DNA of 64,000 bases from Mytilus californianus (GCF_021869535.1 NW_026262668.1:124001-188000), one strand, 5' to 3'; shown: positions 39,016 through 52,143, numbered from the stretch's first letter. Notes: generated from the sequence alone by a model not told the origin. Translations and numbers: made by a program.

Positions 39016-40781
39016 AGAGTAAACCAATTTCACCTGACCAAAGACCAACACCTCCAAAATCACAAATTCCTACAAAAATTTCATTGGACAAAATTTCAGA
39101 AGGAAGTGAATCATCCAAATCTCTGGCGACAGTAGAGTCAAAGAAGAGAGTTACAAATGGAGAAGATGAATCTATTAAAGAAGAACTTACTGAACAAATT
39201 CAAGAAGAAATTTCTGAAGCAGACAGTTTCACAGACAGATCAAAAACTTCATCCGCATTGCTTAAAATACCTAAATCTCAAAAATCTGAGGTGAAAAGCC
39301 CAAGAGAGGATACTGATAGGAGTCCAAGGGACTACTCTTATCAGGATGACTTTACTGAAGAGATGACATCTCATAAACAGATAACAAGTGCCCGAAGCTT
39401 GCCGCCAGAAAATGTAGACTTGAAACCTCAACCATCTCCACGATCAATTACAGAAAATGTGATTTCGGAAGTGATAAGTGAACATGTATACAGCCATGCT
39501 GATGATGATGAATCATTTATTAAACCTTTGGATAATGTCCATAATGATAACAATGAGTATGACGAGAGTGACATTGAACCAAAGTCACCTCCTTCTACAA
39601 CAAAAACTGATTCACGACCATCCAGTGGTAAAAGTATTTCAAGTTTCTTTGAAGAATCTGAATCTGACCGATCGGAAATAGAAAAGAAGCCAACTCGTAT
39701 TACCTCCCCTGATAAATCTACCGATGAATCTCCTATACAAACTGCCCGTCCTTCTATGATTCCTGGAGGTGTATTTGATATAGATCAATTAATTGGACCA
39801 GATCAAGAATTCGATGAGGACGAGGAAACACCATTGGCTTCTCCTAGAGATGAGGAGCCTCCATCTACTACCGAAGATGATGAAAGAACAGAAGATTTCG
39901 TTGACTATACTGTTGGAGATCGTGTTCAAGTAACAGGTCCTAATGGCACAAAAAAATGTGGTACTCTCATGTTCAAAGGACGGGTAAAATTTGCCACAGG
40001 TATTTGGGCGGGAGTCGAATTAGAATCTCCAGAGGGGAGAAATGATGGAACGTATGATGATGGTCAGCGGTATTTCACATGCAGACAAAATCATGGAGTA
40101 ATGGTCCCAGCAAATGACCTGTCTAATGCTCCTCTTCCAAAAATGAGGACAAGCCAGGAAAGTTTAATTAGGAGTAGTATGGAAAGTAATTTAAGTGGAG
40201 ATATGTCTGTTGACCAGGATGATTTAAATCAACTTATTCAAGAAGTGGATGAGAATGTACAAAACTTTGATGATGATCAACATAAACAGGAACAGGAACT
40301 GTTGGCTGACAAAATTACAGATAAAATACTGGTCGACTTGGTAGAGAAAGAACGCAATTTTATATCAAAGAAAAATTCTCCGCCAGTAGCTCCCAAACCT
40401 CAGCGAACTAAAGACAGTGTTCTACAGAATGGTTCTGAAAACATTTTAATGAATGGTAATGCAAATGAGTTAGAAAAGGAAAAGTTTGTAACGAAAAATT
40501 TAAAAAGTGATAATTTGACAAACAAACTTGTAGACACGTTATTAGATGATGCTTTGACTAAAATGATCACAACTAGAAACAAACAACGAAACAGGGGCGG
40601 AGAAGTTACTAATCTTATAGATTTCGATGATTTTCCTGAGGAGCAAAAGGAAATTAAATCAGAAATGACACCATCTGAAGAACTTCTTGTTGTCTTAAAT
40701 AAACCTGAACCAACTAATGTGCCTTCTGATGTACCTCCTCGACCAGGGTCGCCATTGCCAGATCCTAAAGGTTCTCGACAG
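39016..40781 (+). CDS. CEP350: CEP350 large exon containing the CAP-Gly domain
   Basis: tttcAG/GTatgg, phase 1-0, 1766 nt open. CAP-Gly at about 39906-40122: VGDRVQV…GIWAGVELESPEGRNDG…YFTC..NHGV. Confidence 0.95.
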
Positions 40782-41190
40782 GTATGGTACAATATATTTA
40801 CCTTTATTATTCTATAGTTAAATACCAACTGTTTTATTCTTACAAAAGAGGAGACTGGTTTTTATTGAAACAAATGAAATGACAGCATGTTTTTGAGTTT
40901 TGTGAAGAAAAAAAAATTAGATATAAAACTGGCTATGGTATGATTGCCAATGAGAAAACTATCCACAAATTCTAAATAATGTGGATGTAAGCAACTATAG
41001 GTCATCATATTTGAAACAAAATAACCAATGACCTGATGAATTATGTGTATATTTTTATTTTCTTGATCAGCCAAAAAAAGAAATGGTGGTTAAAGTAACA
41101 ACACACACAGTTAAGAAAATCAGGATTATTAAGTAAATTGTCAAAAGGCAAACATTTATTTTCCCTTTAAAAAAATATTTTATGTTCTGA

Positions 41191-42170
41191 TTTTTATACG
41201 ACCGCAAAAAAAATTTGTGGTCGTTTATTGGTATGACGTCGTCGTCGTCGTCCGAAGACACATTGGTTTTCGCACTCTAACTTTAGTTTAAGCGAATGGA
41301 TCTCTATGAAATTTTACCATAAGGTTCAATACCACAAAAGGAAGGTGGGGATTGATTTTGGGGGTCATGGTACCAACAGTTAAGGAATAAGGGGCCAAAA
41401 AGGGGCCAAAAATAAGCATTTTTGTAACTTCCAGACATAACTTGTGTGTTAGTGTATGGATCTCTCTGACATTGTACCACAAGGTTCCATATCACAAAGG
41501 GAATGCTTGGATTGATTTTGGGGTAATTGCCTCTAAATTTTAGGAATTAGGGGCCAAAAAAGGGGCAAAAAACAAGCATTTTTCTAGTTTCATGACAATA
41601 ACTTGTGTGTAAGTGTATGGATCTTTCTGAAATTGTACTACAAGGTTCCATATCACAAAGGGAAAGCCGGAATTGAGTTTGGGGGTAGTTGCCCAAAATG
41701 TTTAGGAATTTGGGGCCAAAAAGGGGCCAAAAAACAAGCATTTTTCTAGTTTCCAGACAATAACTTGTGTTCAAGTGTATGGATCTCTCTGAAATTGTAC
41801 TGCAAGGTACCATACCACCAAGGCTGGGATTGAGTTTTGGGGTGATGAATCATAAGGGGGTTTAAAAAATTGTGGGGGGGGGGGGATTTTTTTTTCCTTT
41901 TTTTTTCTTTAAAATTTTCCATTTTAAATTGGTTATTTCTGATTTATATATAAAAGCAAATAATAATGATATGGTTTGAATAGGTAAATTAAAAAATTTT
42001 AAGTTCTTAGACCACATTCATTCTGTGTCAGAAACCTATGCTGTGTCCAATATTTAATCACAATCCAAATTCAGTGCTGTATCAAGCTTGAATATTGTGT
42101 CCATACTTGCCCCAACTGTTCAGGGTTCGACCTCTGCGGTCGTATCAAGCTGCGCCCAGCGGAGCATTTT
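41191..42170 (+). mobile_element. HINE with ~160-bp internal repeats
   Basis: subTIR ATACGACCGCA (41196) / TGCGGTCGTAT (42135), (GTC)n, 3' hairpin GCTGCGC…GCGGAGC. Confidence 0.8.
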
Positions 42171-42480
42171 ATTTTTTTATATGAATATTCATTAAAAGAA
42201 GTTGAAACTGCTGTAAATTCAAAAATTACTGCAAACATTTATAAATACAATGACAAAAAATAGATATTTGTGTGGATAAAATCTCAAATCAATGAGTTAA
42301 GATTCATTTGCTAACTGACGCCATCAAGCATAACAGCAGCACTGAAACAAAGCAGGTCAACTATAAACATGACGAAAATTGTTTTGTTTCCTAGTTATGC
42401 AAATTCAAAAGAAAAATTAAATAATACCAAAATGTAGTTATTTTAATGGTTTATCATCAGTTATGAATGTTGTTTTTCAG

Positions 42481-42598
42481 AATCACTTGAAAACATTACA
42501 ACAAGACATCACTGATCTGTTAGGAGGGGAGGAGGAGTATATAGACGATGATATTATTAAGCCTGATAAACCTCCCCCTCCTTATCCTGAAAGTGAAG
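42481..42598 (+). CDS. CEP350: CEP350 exon (NHLKTLQQ…KPPPPYPESE)
   Basis: tttcAG/GTaaaa, phase 0-1. Confidence 0.88.
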
Positions 42599-42748
42599 GT
42601 AAAATTATTTAGTATTTTTATTGATATACTGTGATAAATTTGTTTAAATTTAGAATATGAAAAACTTTTGTTTAAATTTCATTACCCCGGTATATGGGAT
42701 GAAACAGCAAATGGCATTCAGAGGAAAACTATTATCTATCCTGACAGT

Positions 42749-42931
42749 TTCTGTGGGTTCATTTCTTTTCGTTGATGCTAATTTTCATGGATTGAAGAAA
42801 GACCACATTATCAGTGAAACTTGATTTCGTGTTTATGATAAATTCACCATGGAAACCCTATAGAAAACTTATGTTAATCTCTGATATTTGTGGTTTACCC
42901 TTAATCCACCAATAATAATGAATCCACAGTA
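42749..42931. mobile_element. TACTGTGGATTC-family MITE
   Basis: CTGTGGGTTCATTT…AATGAATCCACAGTA. Confidence 0.65.
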
Positions 42932-43151
42932 CCTTATAGCGAGTTATTATAGCGGGTGTAAAATTTCACGATTTTCATTGAATAAGGTATAGAAAATGTT
43001 TTGGCGGTTATTATTTTGGTGGATTCAAAACTTTTATACAATACCATTGCATGTACACTTTTAAATTGGCAGAATTTATGTTGGCAATTTTGTTCTATCC
43101 ATGAAAATAAGCGAAAATTTACACCCCGCGAAAATAACTCGCTATACAGTA
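42930..43151. mobile_element. TA-flanked MITE (second family) abutting the previous one
   Basis: TIR TATAGCGAGTTATT…GCGGGTGTAAAATTT / AAATTTACACCCCGCGAAAATAACTCGCTATA. Confidence 0.72.
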
Positions 43152-43730
43152 TTATATTCTTAAAACAAATGTGGCATCTATCTCTCTGTATTTGTATTAT
43201 ATTGGAAATGAACTCAAATATTGCTGAGTAAACTTTCTTTCTTCGTGACACATCAAGGAATGAGTATGCTTTCTTTACACGTGTTTGTGATATTAAAGTT
43301 ATAATATGATTGTCAAAACTGTAAAGCCATGTCTCAAAAGAAAATTCTAATACATGCCAATAAAAATCTGTTCCGACATTTGGTTTATATGCTTGTCTGA
43401 TATCGCCAAAAGGTTTGAAGCTACTATCTGAATGATTATGATGGAACACCTCCAAGTCAGAATCTCTCAAAAATGTAACCATACTTTATGCATGTTGGCT
43501 TTGGGAGGCAATGATAGAGGTCAACAGACTTCTGTTTTAGATCAAAGACTTGAACAGGATTTCTAAACATAAAAACACACTTTTGATTACTTCTTCATAA
43601 AGGCACCAAACATTTTCAGTTCAAATGGCTCATAGATACTTCAGTGCACATCAGTTTAAAGTTACTAGTATCATTTCCATTTTCATGCAGTTAATATAGA
43701 ATAAAACAAAAACAAAATTTATCCTTACAG

Positions 43731-44380
43731 AGCAAAGACTAATGAAAGCTGAACTTCAAAAAATGGTGTCGGAAGACCTTTACTATGCAGTGCCACATGA
43801 GTCGGAGGAAGTCCGTGGCATTGTGGCGGATGTTGTCGAGATTTATTGGCAGTCGAGACGTTGTGGTGAACCGTTAGACAATGTTCAAATTCCAGATAAT
43901 TATTTTTCAAAAGAGGACATTAATGGTGATTTAGATAGTAATAGCAGACGGGTGTTTAAGACATTACTGTTTGACTTAGCAGGGGAAGTGATTAGAGACA
44001 TTTATAAAGACGAAGAGGAGGAACCGCCTCCGTGGCAAAAACCTAAACGTAGACAACAAAAACATTTCCGAGGTGCTTCACCTCCCACAACGATGGAAAA
44101 TTTGACTCCTATTGTTCAGCAAGCTGTGATAAACACTCTAGGTTTGAATGGCTCTCGCAAAGCCGACCGAAATAAATGGACGGTGCGTAAACGAAAGGAT
44201 CACGTAGACAATATTCTTGTTGAAGAATTACGAGAGGAAGAACCAAGGTGGATAAACTATGATGAGGACGAATTAGCCGTCAAAATGCAACTGACTGATA
44301 CCATATTTGACATGTTATTGAACGATACTGTTCAAACTATGAACAAAGTGTATCAGAAAAAGAAAAGTAACAGAGTGTGA
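43731..44380 (+). CDS. CEP350: CEP350 terminal coding exon, conserved C-terminal (DUF4378-like) domain
   Basis: ttacAG acceptor, phase 1, TGA at 44378-44380. AVPHESEEV…VKMQLTDTIFDMLL. Confidence 0.95.
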
Positions 44381-46714
44381 TCTATGTTTATGTGGTGAAT
44401 CATGAAAACATAACGTGGTTGTAAGCCCTGAAAGAAAGATGTTCGTGTTGCATTCATATAGCAAGTAAGGTTGTCATGTGACACTCATGTGATATTTTGT
44501 ACGGGAGGTGGTAGTCATGTGATATTGTTACAGACTTTGTAAATAGAATGACTATTTATTTTTTGTATAGAAGTTAGGCGAGATATCCAGTGATATTGTG
44601 TGGTGCTATTTATGGAGGTCATTTCTAGATTTTATTCATCATTTTGATAAAGAAAAATACGGAATTAGAACAACATTCCTGTTATTCATTCACTTGAGTT
44701 TCAGATTTGCAAGCAAATATTTGGTTAACTGATCTATTGAAGAAAAACATTGACCTATGGAATTTATATTTGAATAAAAAGGACACTACTGAATTCAGTT
44801 TGTGAAAAAAAAAAAACATGTTCATAATCATGAAGTTCCTTAAAGAAAGAAGCACTTGGTAACAAAATCATTTTAGATAATTATATATCATTGTTTGAAG
44901 TTGAATGACATTTAAAACTTTTTAGAACAATTATATAGGGTTTTGAGAATGCAACCATACCTTAAAAAAAAGCACCAAAAACATTTGCTCAAACATATTT
45001 GAGTTGCTTCCCTTTGCTCATATTCAACACTATAAATGAGTACTATTAAAATGGCATATATGAAAAAACATTCCGTCCAGTCATTATCATATCATTACTA
45101 CATCAAATTCGATGCTGAATAATCTCATTGTTAAAATGGCTGAAAAATCCGTCCTCATGAAATCCCACCTCATTTTTGTTGTATACTGCAAAAGTAAACC
45201 TTTTACAATTAGCATTATGTTTATGAGAATAATAACTAGATTTAACATTAATGTATTGAAAAGGCACAATTTTTTTTTTGTGTAGTTTGAATTTTAACAA
45301 AATTTCAAACACTGCCATAGTAAGTATAGATCTAATCATCTTAATTGTTTTAAACTTTGATTTTGCAAGCATGGATAAATTAACTCTTAATTCGAAAACA
45401 AAGAAGAATGTGTGACCTCTGTCATTCGAAAACTAGCTCAAACGGCACAAGTATCCTGCCTTGCCTTCAGACAAAGGTTTGATGATAAAGAATTGATAGT
45501 AGTCTGTATTTTAGAGATTGTAATTTTGTAGATTAAGACTTTCATGCAAAACAATTATATGAAATGGGAGATTTGGCAAAAATTAAAACTAATCAAATTT
45601 GTTCAAGCAGTGAAATTGGAAAATATAATCTTGTATGAATTTCAAGACTTCCTGTATGTGAAATTTGTGTGTTACTTTATTTTTGTTTAATACACAGAAT
45701 TAGCATTTAAACTTTGAAATGGATTAGTTTGTTTTTTGTAGAAGAAAAAAAACATATATCCGGTTCTGTTTAATTATATTTATTATGAGACAGATAATGC
45801 ATTTATTTTTGTGTTTTTAAACTGAGGCATTTAAATTTCGATTCATTTAAATCTAGGATTTTAAAAGGTGCACCTGCTGCTTGTTTTGTATTTTATAAGA
45901 CTTCATTAATGGTTTGTGTTAGTTTGTTTATTTCAAAGGGAATCCAGGATTTTTAAAAGCAGGCCAAACATTCCAGGAAAACTTGTTCTCCAATCTTTTT
46001 TTTTACAATGTAAACAAATTTATATGCATATAAGCATATGGTCACCATGGCAATACAATAATAAAATTTAGGAAATACAGTGCTATCTTGTAGTGCCAAA
46101 CATTTCTATGTGCCACTTGTATTGTATTGATTATTGTTTTGTTTTTTTAAATTGAAATTTACTACATTTATATTTTACAAAATGTCAATGTAATAAAAAA
46201 AATTCTACAGAAAATACGGTTGAACATTTTTCATCTTAAGCATAACAAGGTTTATGATATTCAATGCCTGTTTCAAATTTTTAAGGTAAAACTTTGTCTC
46301 TAATCTGTGCTATGGGAAGATTACAGTTTTGTTTATTGATTTCAGTGCTTTTGATCAGAATTATTTGTGGCATCTCAGATGGTTCAAATACTGTGTAAAT
46401 ATTAACTATAAAGGGAAATAACTCCAAATAATTCCTCAGCTTTATATTTGACAACATATAGTTTGTATATTCTTAGAGGGCAGCATCTGTTTATATCTGT
46501 AGATGTCTATTTATTTATTACATTGTATACAATGTACAGAATTTTTTATTTATTATATTTATTAGATCTTGTACAAGTCGTTATACTTTAAAGAAACTCA
46601 ATATTTGCCCTGTAAAATCCACCGAGGTTTACATGATATTATTATATATTGTTTATATAAATAAGTTATGTTTTATATTTGTTATAAGATCTGATTTTAG
46701 CAAAAAATATGTTT

Positions 46715-46750
46715 AATAAAGTTGCTGTTTTATGTTTTGAATGTGGCATT
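46715..46750 (+). terminator. candidate CEP350 polyadenylation signal
   Basis: AATAAA at 46715-46720 followed by a GT-rich tract. Other AATAAA at 44773 and 46192 are alternatives, so the true site is unresolved. Confidence 0.35.
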
Positions 46751-48009
46751 AAATCAGTTTTTGTTTTCTCAAGAATCAATCAATTTTGACAAATTTGTTA
46801 ATGAATTACTGAACTTGTTTTTATTTTCTGTCTCCTTTCTTCTAAATGTTCGTAATAAATGACTATTACTTTAAAGTCTATAAAGCAAGATATATTCTTT
46901 TGGAAGGTTGTGCACATGGAAATATAGATTTTGGGTTTTTATTAATATCACAAATAACAAAAGTAATGATTTCTGGGAATTATATATAACATTTATAATG
47001 GGGTTGAATACCAAATTTGATTGATGCCTTGTTGTTTCCCCCAAAATATGAAGCTGGTTTTTCTTGTTAGACAATTAAATCTGAAGAAAATTTACTGTGC
47101 TGTGTTATGACCAAAGATCTGCAACAATGTTTAGCAAAATTTTACAGACCATTCCTTTCTCAATTGCAAAAGAATTGTACTTAAAATGTGATTTCTTGGT
47201 AACACTGGATTAATTCATTTAACTCTTACCGTCTGATCTAATTTCAACCATACTAGGTGACAAATGAATATATTTACAAGGTACTGATTTATCAATGTAC
47301 AAACATTTCCAATTTTGTTTTGTCAACCAATGAAATTCCCTTATTTAGTCATATGCAAATTAAACCAGATTTCAAAGTTTCAAATGTCATAGTTCCCTCC
47401 TTACTTCAGAAAGTTCTGTCCTACAAAGAAACAATAAAATACAAATTAAGTCACTGGCAGATCATTTTATTTCATGTTGATCATTGATATTATTTGCTGT
47501 AGAAAGTTCTTCCATTCAAGCATAGAAATAAAACATTTCTAATTTCCTGAATATTTTTCTTTTAATTATTATGGGTTTTTTTTTTGTGACAAGCTGTTTA
47601 AAAATTTAGAGAAAGTTTTGTGTTTAAAATTTAAGCCATCATACAAATTTATGATTATATTCTGCAAAGATATTCTAACTTTGCCGTGAAATATAGGGAC
47701 CAAATTACTCTAAAATATTTCCTGGCTCAGTTTTCCTTAGTGCTCTTGCTCTCAAGAAACACAAGATGTAGTCAGTATTAGTTTTACAATTATGACAAAG
47801 TGTTAATTGTCCATTCTATGTTGACAGTGTAATTAATCTATAAATAGATTTAGTCAACAATAATATTTTGTATTTTTTCATAAGAATATTTTGTATATTT
47901 GTAGTCATTCATTTCATTTTTGTAATCTATGCAAAAATTGTAACACTTGTGCTTCTCAGCAGTAGAGGCATAGAAAATAAAATCTAACAGAAAAATGACT
48001 GTCTACTTG

Positions 48010-48600
48010 TTTTTATAGCCCCGTTACAAAGTTGTCGGGGCCATATAGTTTTACCCTTGTCTGTCATTCTGCCATTCCGTCATTCCGTAACAAACCATTA
48101 TACACAATTTTTTTCTATACACCTTCAGATATTGGGCTGATTTTTGGTATGTGAGTTAACCATGATGAGTTACAGATCAAGTTTAAGTTTCGTTCCCCTC
48201 TTCTGATTTTTGCCGATATTACGGGCTTTGGACTTTGATAAATTGTTGAAAATCACATTTATACGGACTTTTTTTCTATACGCCTCCAGATTTTGCGCTG
48301 ATTTTTTATATGCAAGTCTACCATGATGAGTTACAGATCAAATTTATGTTTCGTTCTGCTATGCTGATTTTCATGTCATTTCAACACATCTTGTTAAATC
48401 TGCAGTACATCCACTTCCAGTTTGCTGATAGTTTGAAATTTAACTTCTCATTGATCAAGGAAATTTTTCATCAAACTAGTATTGGTCTTGAGAGCTGGAT
48501 ACTATCCATGCATGTTTGTGTCCACATGTGTTTTTGAAATTGCAGATTTTTCAACTTTTTGAGATGGGGCCATGCGTGTTGTTCCGACACATCTAGTTTT
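48010..48600 (+). mobile_element. HINE with two ~161-bp repeats
   Basis: 5' hairpin GCCCCG…CGGGGC, (CATTCCGT)n, 3' GGGGCCAT plus GTGTT…GACAC hairpin. Confidence 0.72.
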
Positions 48601-48954
48601 ACTTCTTTTTCAGCATTACAACTGCAAACAATCAGATTGTTATAACAGGCAAGAATAGTTGCAAAGCATTAAAATTGTAGCAAGAAATTTAAAAATTTAA
48701 TGGAGATTTGTGCTGAAAAATTCTGTTTAAAGAAACTAATAAATGTTTTTACTGAAAAAACAAAACCTATTAAAATTGGCTTTAGGACTACAAATTCTGT
48801 ATTTTCCACTTATATCCTGACAGTTTAGTTGTAAGAAAGGTCAGAATCTTTAATGCAAGATTGTTTCTTGATCATTGAATAAAGGGCACTGTTGCAAAAG
48901 TTATATTATTTAGTTAACCATGCCAGTATGAGAGTTTTCTTTAACAAAACTAAA

Positions 48955-49115
48955 ACTGCCTAGGTTGTTTTGTGGTAAAGTGCTTGCCTTTGGGTGTGAA
49001 AGGTTTGTTCGATTCCCCACTGATTCAAACCAAAGACCTTAAAATATATATTTGCTGCTTTTCTCACAAGGATTAAAAGACTTAACCAGCTCAGAATCTG
49101 AATAATGCGTCAAAG
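48955..49115 (+). mobile_element. degenerate tRNA-derived SINE (second family, 5' part)
   Basis: GTGGTAAAGTGCTTGCC, GTTCGATTCCCC, CAAACCAAAGAC…TTTGCTGCTT, GCTCAGAATC. Related 3' fragment at 24855-25062. Confidence 0.6.
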
Positions 49116-49283
49116 TAGAAAGCTTAAACAAGTTTTTTGATTATTTGAGAGATTGGAACTAATATTTCAAGTCTTTCCTTAGGCATCGTCTCACTAGGGT
49201 GAAGCCTTGTTAACTACTAAAACTGCATACACTTTAATATAGTTCCCTATACTTTACATGCATACTAATCTTCTCGTTTCTCG

Positions 49284-50641
49284 TTGTCGAGCCTGCGACT
49301 TTTGTCGCAGAAAGCTCGACATAGGGATAGTGATCCGGCGGCGGCGGCGGCGTTAGCTAACTTCTTAAAAGCTTTATATTTTAGAAGGTGGAAGACCTGG
49401 ATGCTTCATACTTTGTATATGGATGCCTCATGTTACGAAGTTTCCGTCAGTCACATGTCCAATGTCCTTGACCTCATTTTCATGGTTCAGTGACTACTTG
49501 AAAAAAAAGTTAAGATTTTTTGTAATGTTAAATTCTCTCTTATTATAAGTAATAGGATAACTATATTTGGTATGTGCGTACCTTGCAAGGTCCTCATGCC
49601 CAGCCAGACAGTTTTCATGGATCAGTGAACAAGGTTAAGTTTTGGTGGTCAAGTCCATATCTCAGATACTATAAGCAATAGGTCTCGTATATTCGGTGTA
49701 TGGAAGGACTGTAAGGTGTACATGTCCAACTGGCAGGTGTCATCTGACCTTGACCTCATTTTCATGGTTCAGTGGTTATAGTTAAGTTTTTGTGTTTTGG
49801 TCTGTTTTTCTTATACTGTATGCAATAGGTCTACTATATTTGGTGTATGGAATGATTGTAAGGTGTACATGTCTAGCTGGCAGGTGTCATCTGACCTTGA
49901 CCTCATTTTCATGGTTCAGTGGTTATAGTTAAGTTTTTGTGTTTTGGTCTGTTTTTCTTATACTGTATGCAATAGGTCTACTATATTTGGTGCATGGAAT
50001 GATTGTAAGGTGTACATGTCTAGCTGGCAGGTGTCATCTGACCTTGACCTCATTTTCATGGTTCAGTGGTCATAGTTAAGTTTTTGTGTTTTGGTCTGTT
50101 TTTCTTATACTGTATGCAATAGGTCTACTATATTTGGTGTGTGGAATGATTGTAAGGTGTACATGTCTAGCTGGCAGGTGTCATCTGACCTTGACCTCAT
50201 TTTCATGGTTCAGTGGTCAAAGTTAAGTTTTTGAGTTTTGGTCTTTTTTTCTAATACTGTATGCAATAGGTCTACTATATTTGGTGTATGGAATGATTGT
50301 AAGATGTACATGTCTAGCTGGCAGGTGTCATCTGACCTTGACCTCATTTTCATGGTTCAGTGGTCAAAGTTAAGTGTTTGAGTTTTGGTCTTTTTTTCTA
50401 ATACTATATGCAATAGGTCAACTATATTTGTTGTATGGAAGAATTGTTAGCTGTACTTGCTTGCCTAGCATGGTTCATCTGACCTTGACCTCATTTTCAT
50501 GGTTCATTGGTCAATGTTTAGTTTACTTGGTTAATGTTAAGTTTATGTGACAGTTGTAATAAAGCTTTATATTTAGGACTATCAACATAATATCAATGAT
50601 TAGTAAAGAAGGCGAGACATTTCAGCGTGTGCACTCTTGTT
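49284..50641 (+). mobile_element. HINE carrying ~6 highly similar 147-bp repeats
   Basis: 5' hairpin TGTCGAGC-CTGCGAC…GTCGCAG-GCTCGACA, (GGC)5. Monomers start at 49696, 49843, 49990, 50137, 50284 and ~50430. 3' AGGCGAGAC. Confidence 0.82.
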
Positions 50642-50924
50642 TTTTATATAGATTAGACCGTTGGTTTTCCCGTTTGAATGGTTTTACACTAGTAATTTTT
50701 TGGGGCCCTTTATAGCTTACTGTTCGGTGTGAGCCAAGGCTCCGTGTTGAAGACCGTACTGTGACCTATAATGGTTTACTTTTATAAATTTTGACTTGGA
50801 TGGAGAGTTGTCTCATTGGCACTCATACCACATCTTCTTATATCTATATATTATGCACACAAATGAATTGAGGAAAATTTGGGATATATTTTTAGAACTT
50901 ATACTCAAGTATTTATATCAATAG

Positions 50925-51895
50925 TTTGTTCTCCCCTACGATGAAAGTCTCAGAATGAGGGGAAAAGGGATGCTAATCTATCGTTAATTTTGGTATAAAG
51001 CTTTATATCTCAGAAGATAGATGACCTTGATGATTCATACCTTGTATACAGATGCCTTATGTCACATTTCTGTCTGTCTGTGACCTCATTTTCATGGTTC
51101 AATGAATGCTTTAAAAAAATAAATTTTAGTCAGTTGAATTTCTGACTTTAACTATATTTGGTATGTTTGATCCTTGCAAGTCTACAGTTCCATCAGACAG
51201 GGTTCTCCTGACCTTGACCTCATTCCATGTATCGGGGATGATGGTTAAAGTCTTGTGGTTTGTGTATCTCAGATACAATAAGCAATAGGTCAAACATTGG
51301 ACTGATTGTAAGTATACATGTCAATCTGGAAGATTTCATCTGACCTTGACCTCATTTACATGGTTCATTGGTCAAAAAATTTTTTAGTTTTTCTGGGTAT
51401 GACTGTTTCTCAGAAACTATGAAATCAGTTTTCCTGGTTAAGTCCTTTTCTTAGATATTATATATAATAGGTCAACTATATTTTATGTATAGAATGATTG
51501 CAAGGTGTTCATGTCTGTCTTGCAGGGTCTCATTAGACATTGACCCCATTTTCATATTTCATATTTCATTGGTCATTTTTTTTTTGTGGTTATGACTTTA
51601 AGCAAACGGTCAAAAAAATTTGATGTTTGAAATGTTTGTATGGTGTAGATGCCTCTCTTGCAGGTTTCATCTGACCTTGAACTCATTTACATGGATCCAT
51701 ATGAAATAAGATGTGATAAGGGTTGCCAATTAGACCATCATCAGCAGAGACCAATTGTTAACCAAACGTAGATGTTCGCAACTATAGATCACCGTACGGC
51801 CTTAAGTTAATGTGATAATTATAGTAAAACCTTTATCTCCAGACTTTCACATAAATTATATCATAGGCGAGACATTTCAGCCTGTGATTTCTTAC
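50925..51895 (+). mobile_element. older diverged copy of the 147-bp-repeat HINE family
   Basis: Repeated TCTGACCTTGACCTCATT motifs, AGGCGAGACATTTCAG 3' end at ~51866. Confidence 0.65.
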
Positions 51896-52143
51896 TATCA
51901 GGATGAACTGATATTTGAAAAATTCATGATCAACCCTTTCAGAGACATAAGTTACAGTATGGAATGTTGGGATCGATTGCTTCAATTTCTATTTTTCCAT
52001 ATAATACTGTACTCAGATTTAGACATTGTATGCCAAGAGAGGTCGGGCATACTAGGATAACACATGACTGCATTAAGAAAAAAACTGAATGTATACTTTG
52101 GAATTCCAATTATTGAGTAAAACATGGTTTGATAGAATGTATA

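Larger units (their letters stand above)
1091..44380 (+). other. CEP350: CEP350/CAP350 orthologue, 3' part of gene (28 coding exons, 5' end outside window)
   Basis: Manually spliced exons sum to 7001 nt (2 + 2333 codons including stop) with consistent phases. Motifs match vertebrate CEP350 as I recall it: RHYDAEEIRHYI, AQQETVSLAQ, MTEDEIEEKSF..LPSESHR, KEEEMRAQHQ..REKAL.EKTKAEL.WLE, CAP-Gly, VDNILVEELREEE..WINYDEDEL.VKMQL. Confidence 0.93.

Noticed and set aside
40400-40828. 142-aa antisense ORF (likewise 28202-28522, 34191-34511, 35043-35264, 63068-63274)
   Set aside because: Antisense shadows of real CEP350 or GS exons.
42934-43482. 182-aa minus-strand ORF
   Set aside because: Overlaps a MITE and AT-rich intron, with no recognisable domain.
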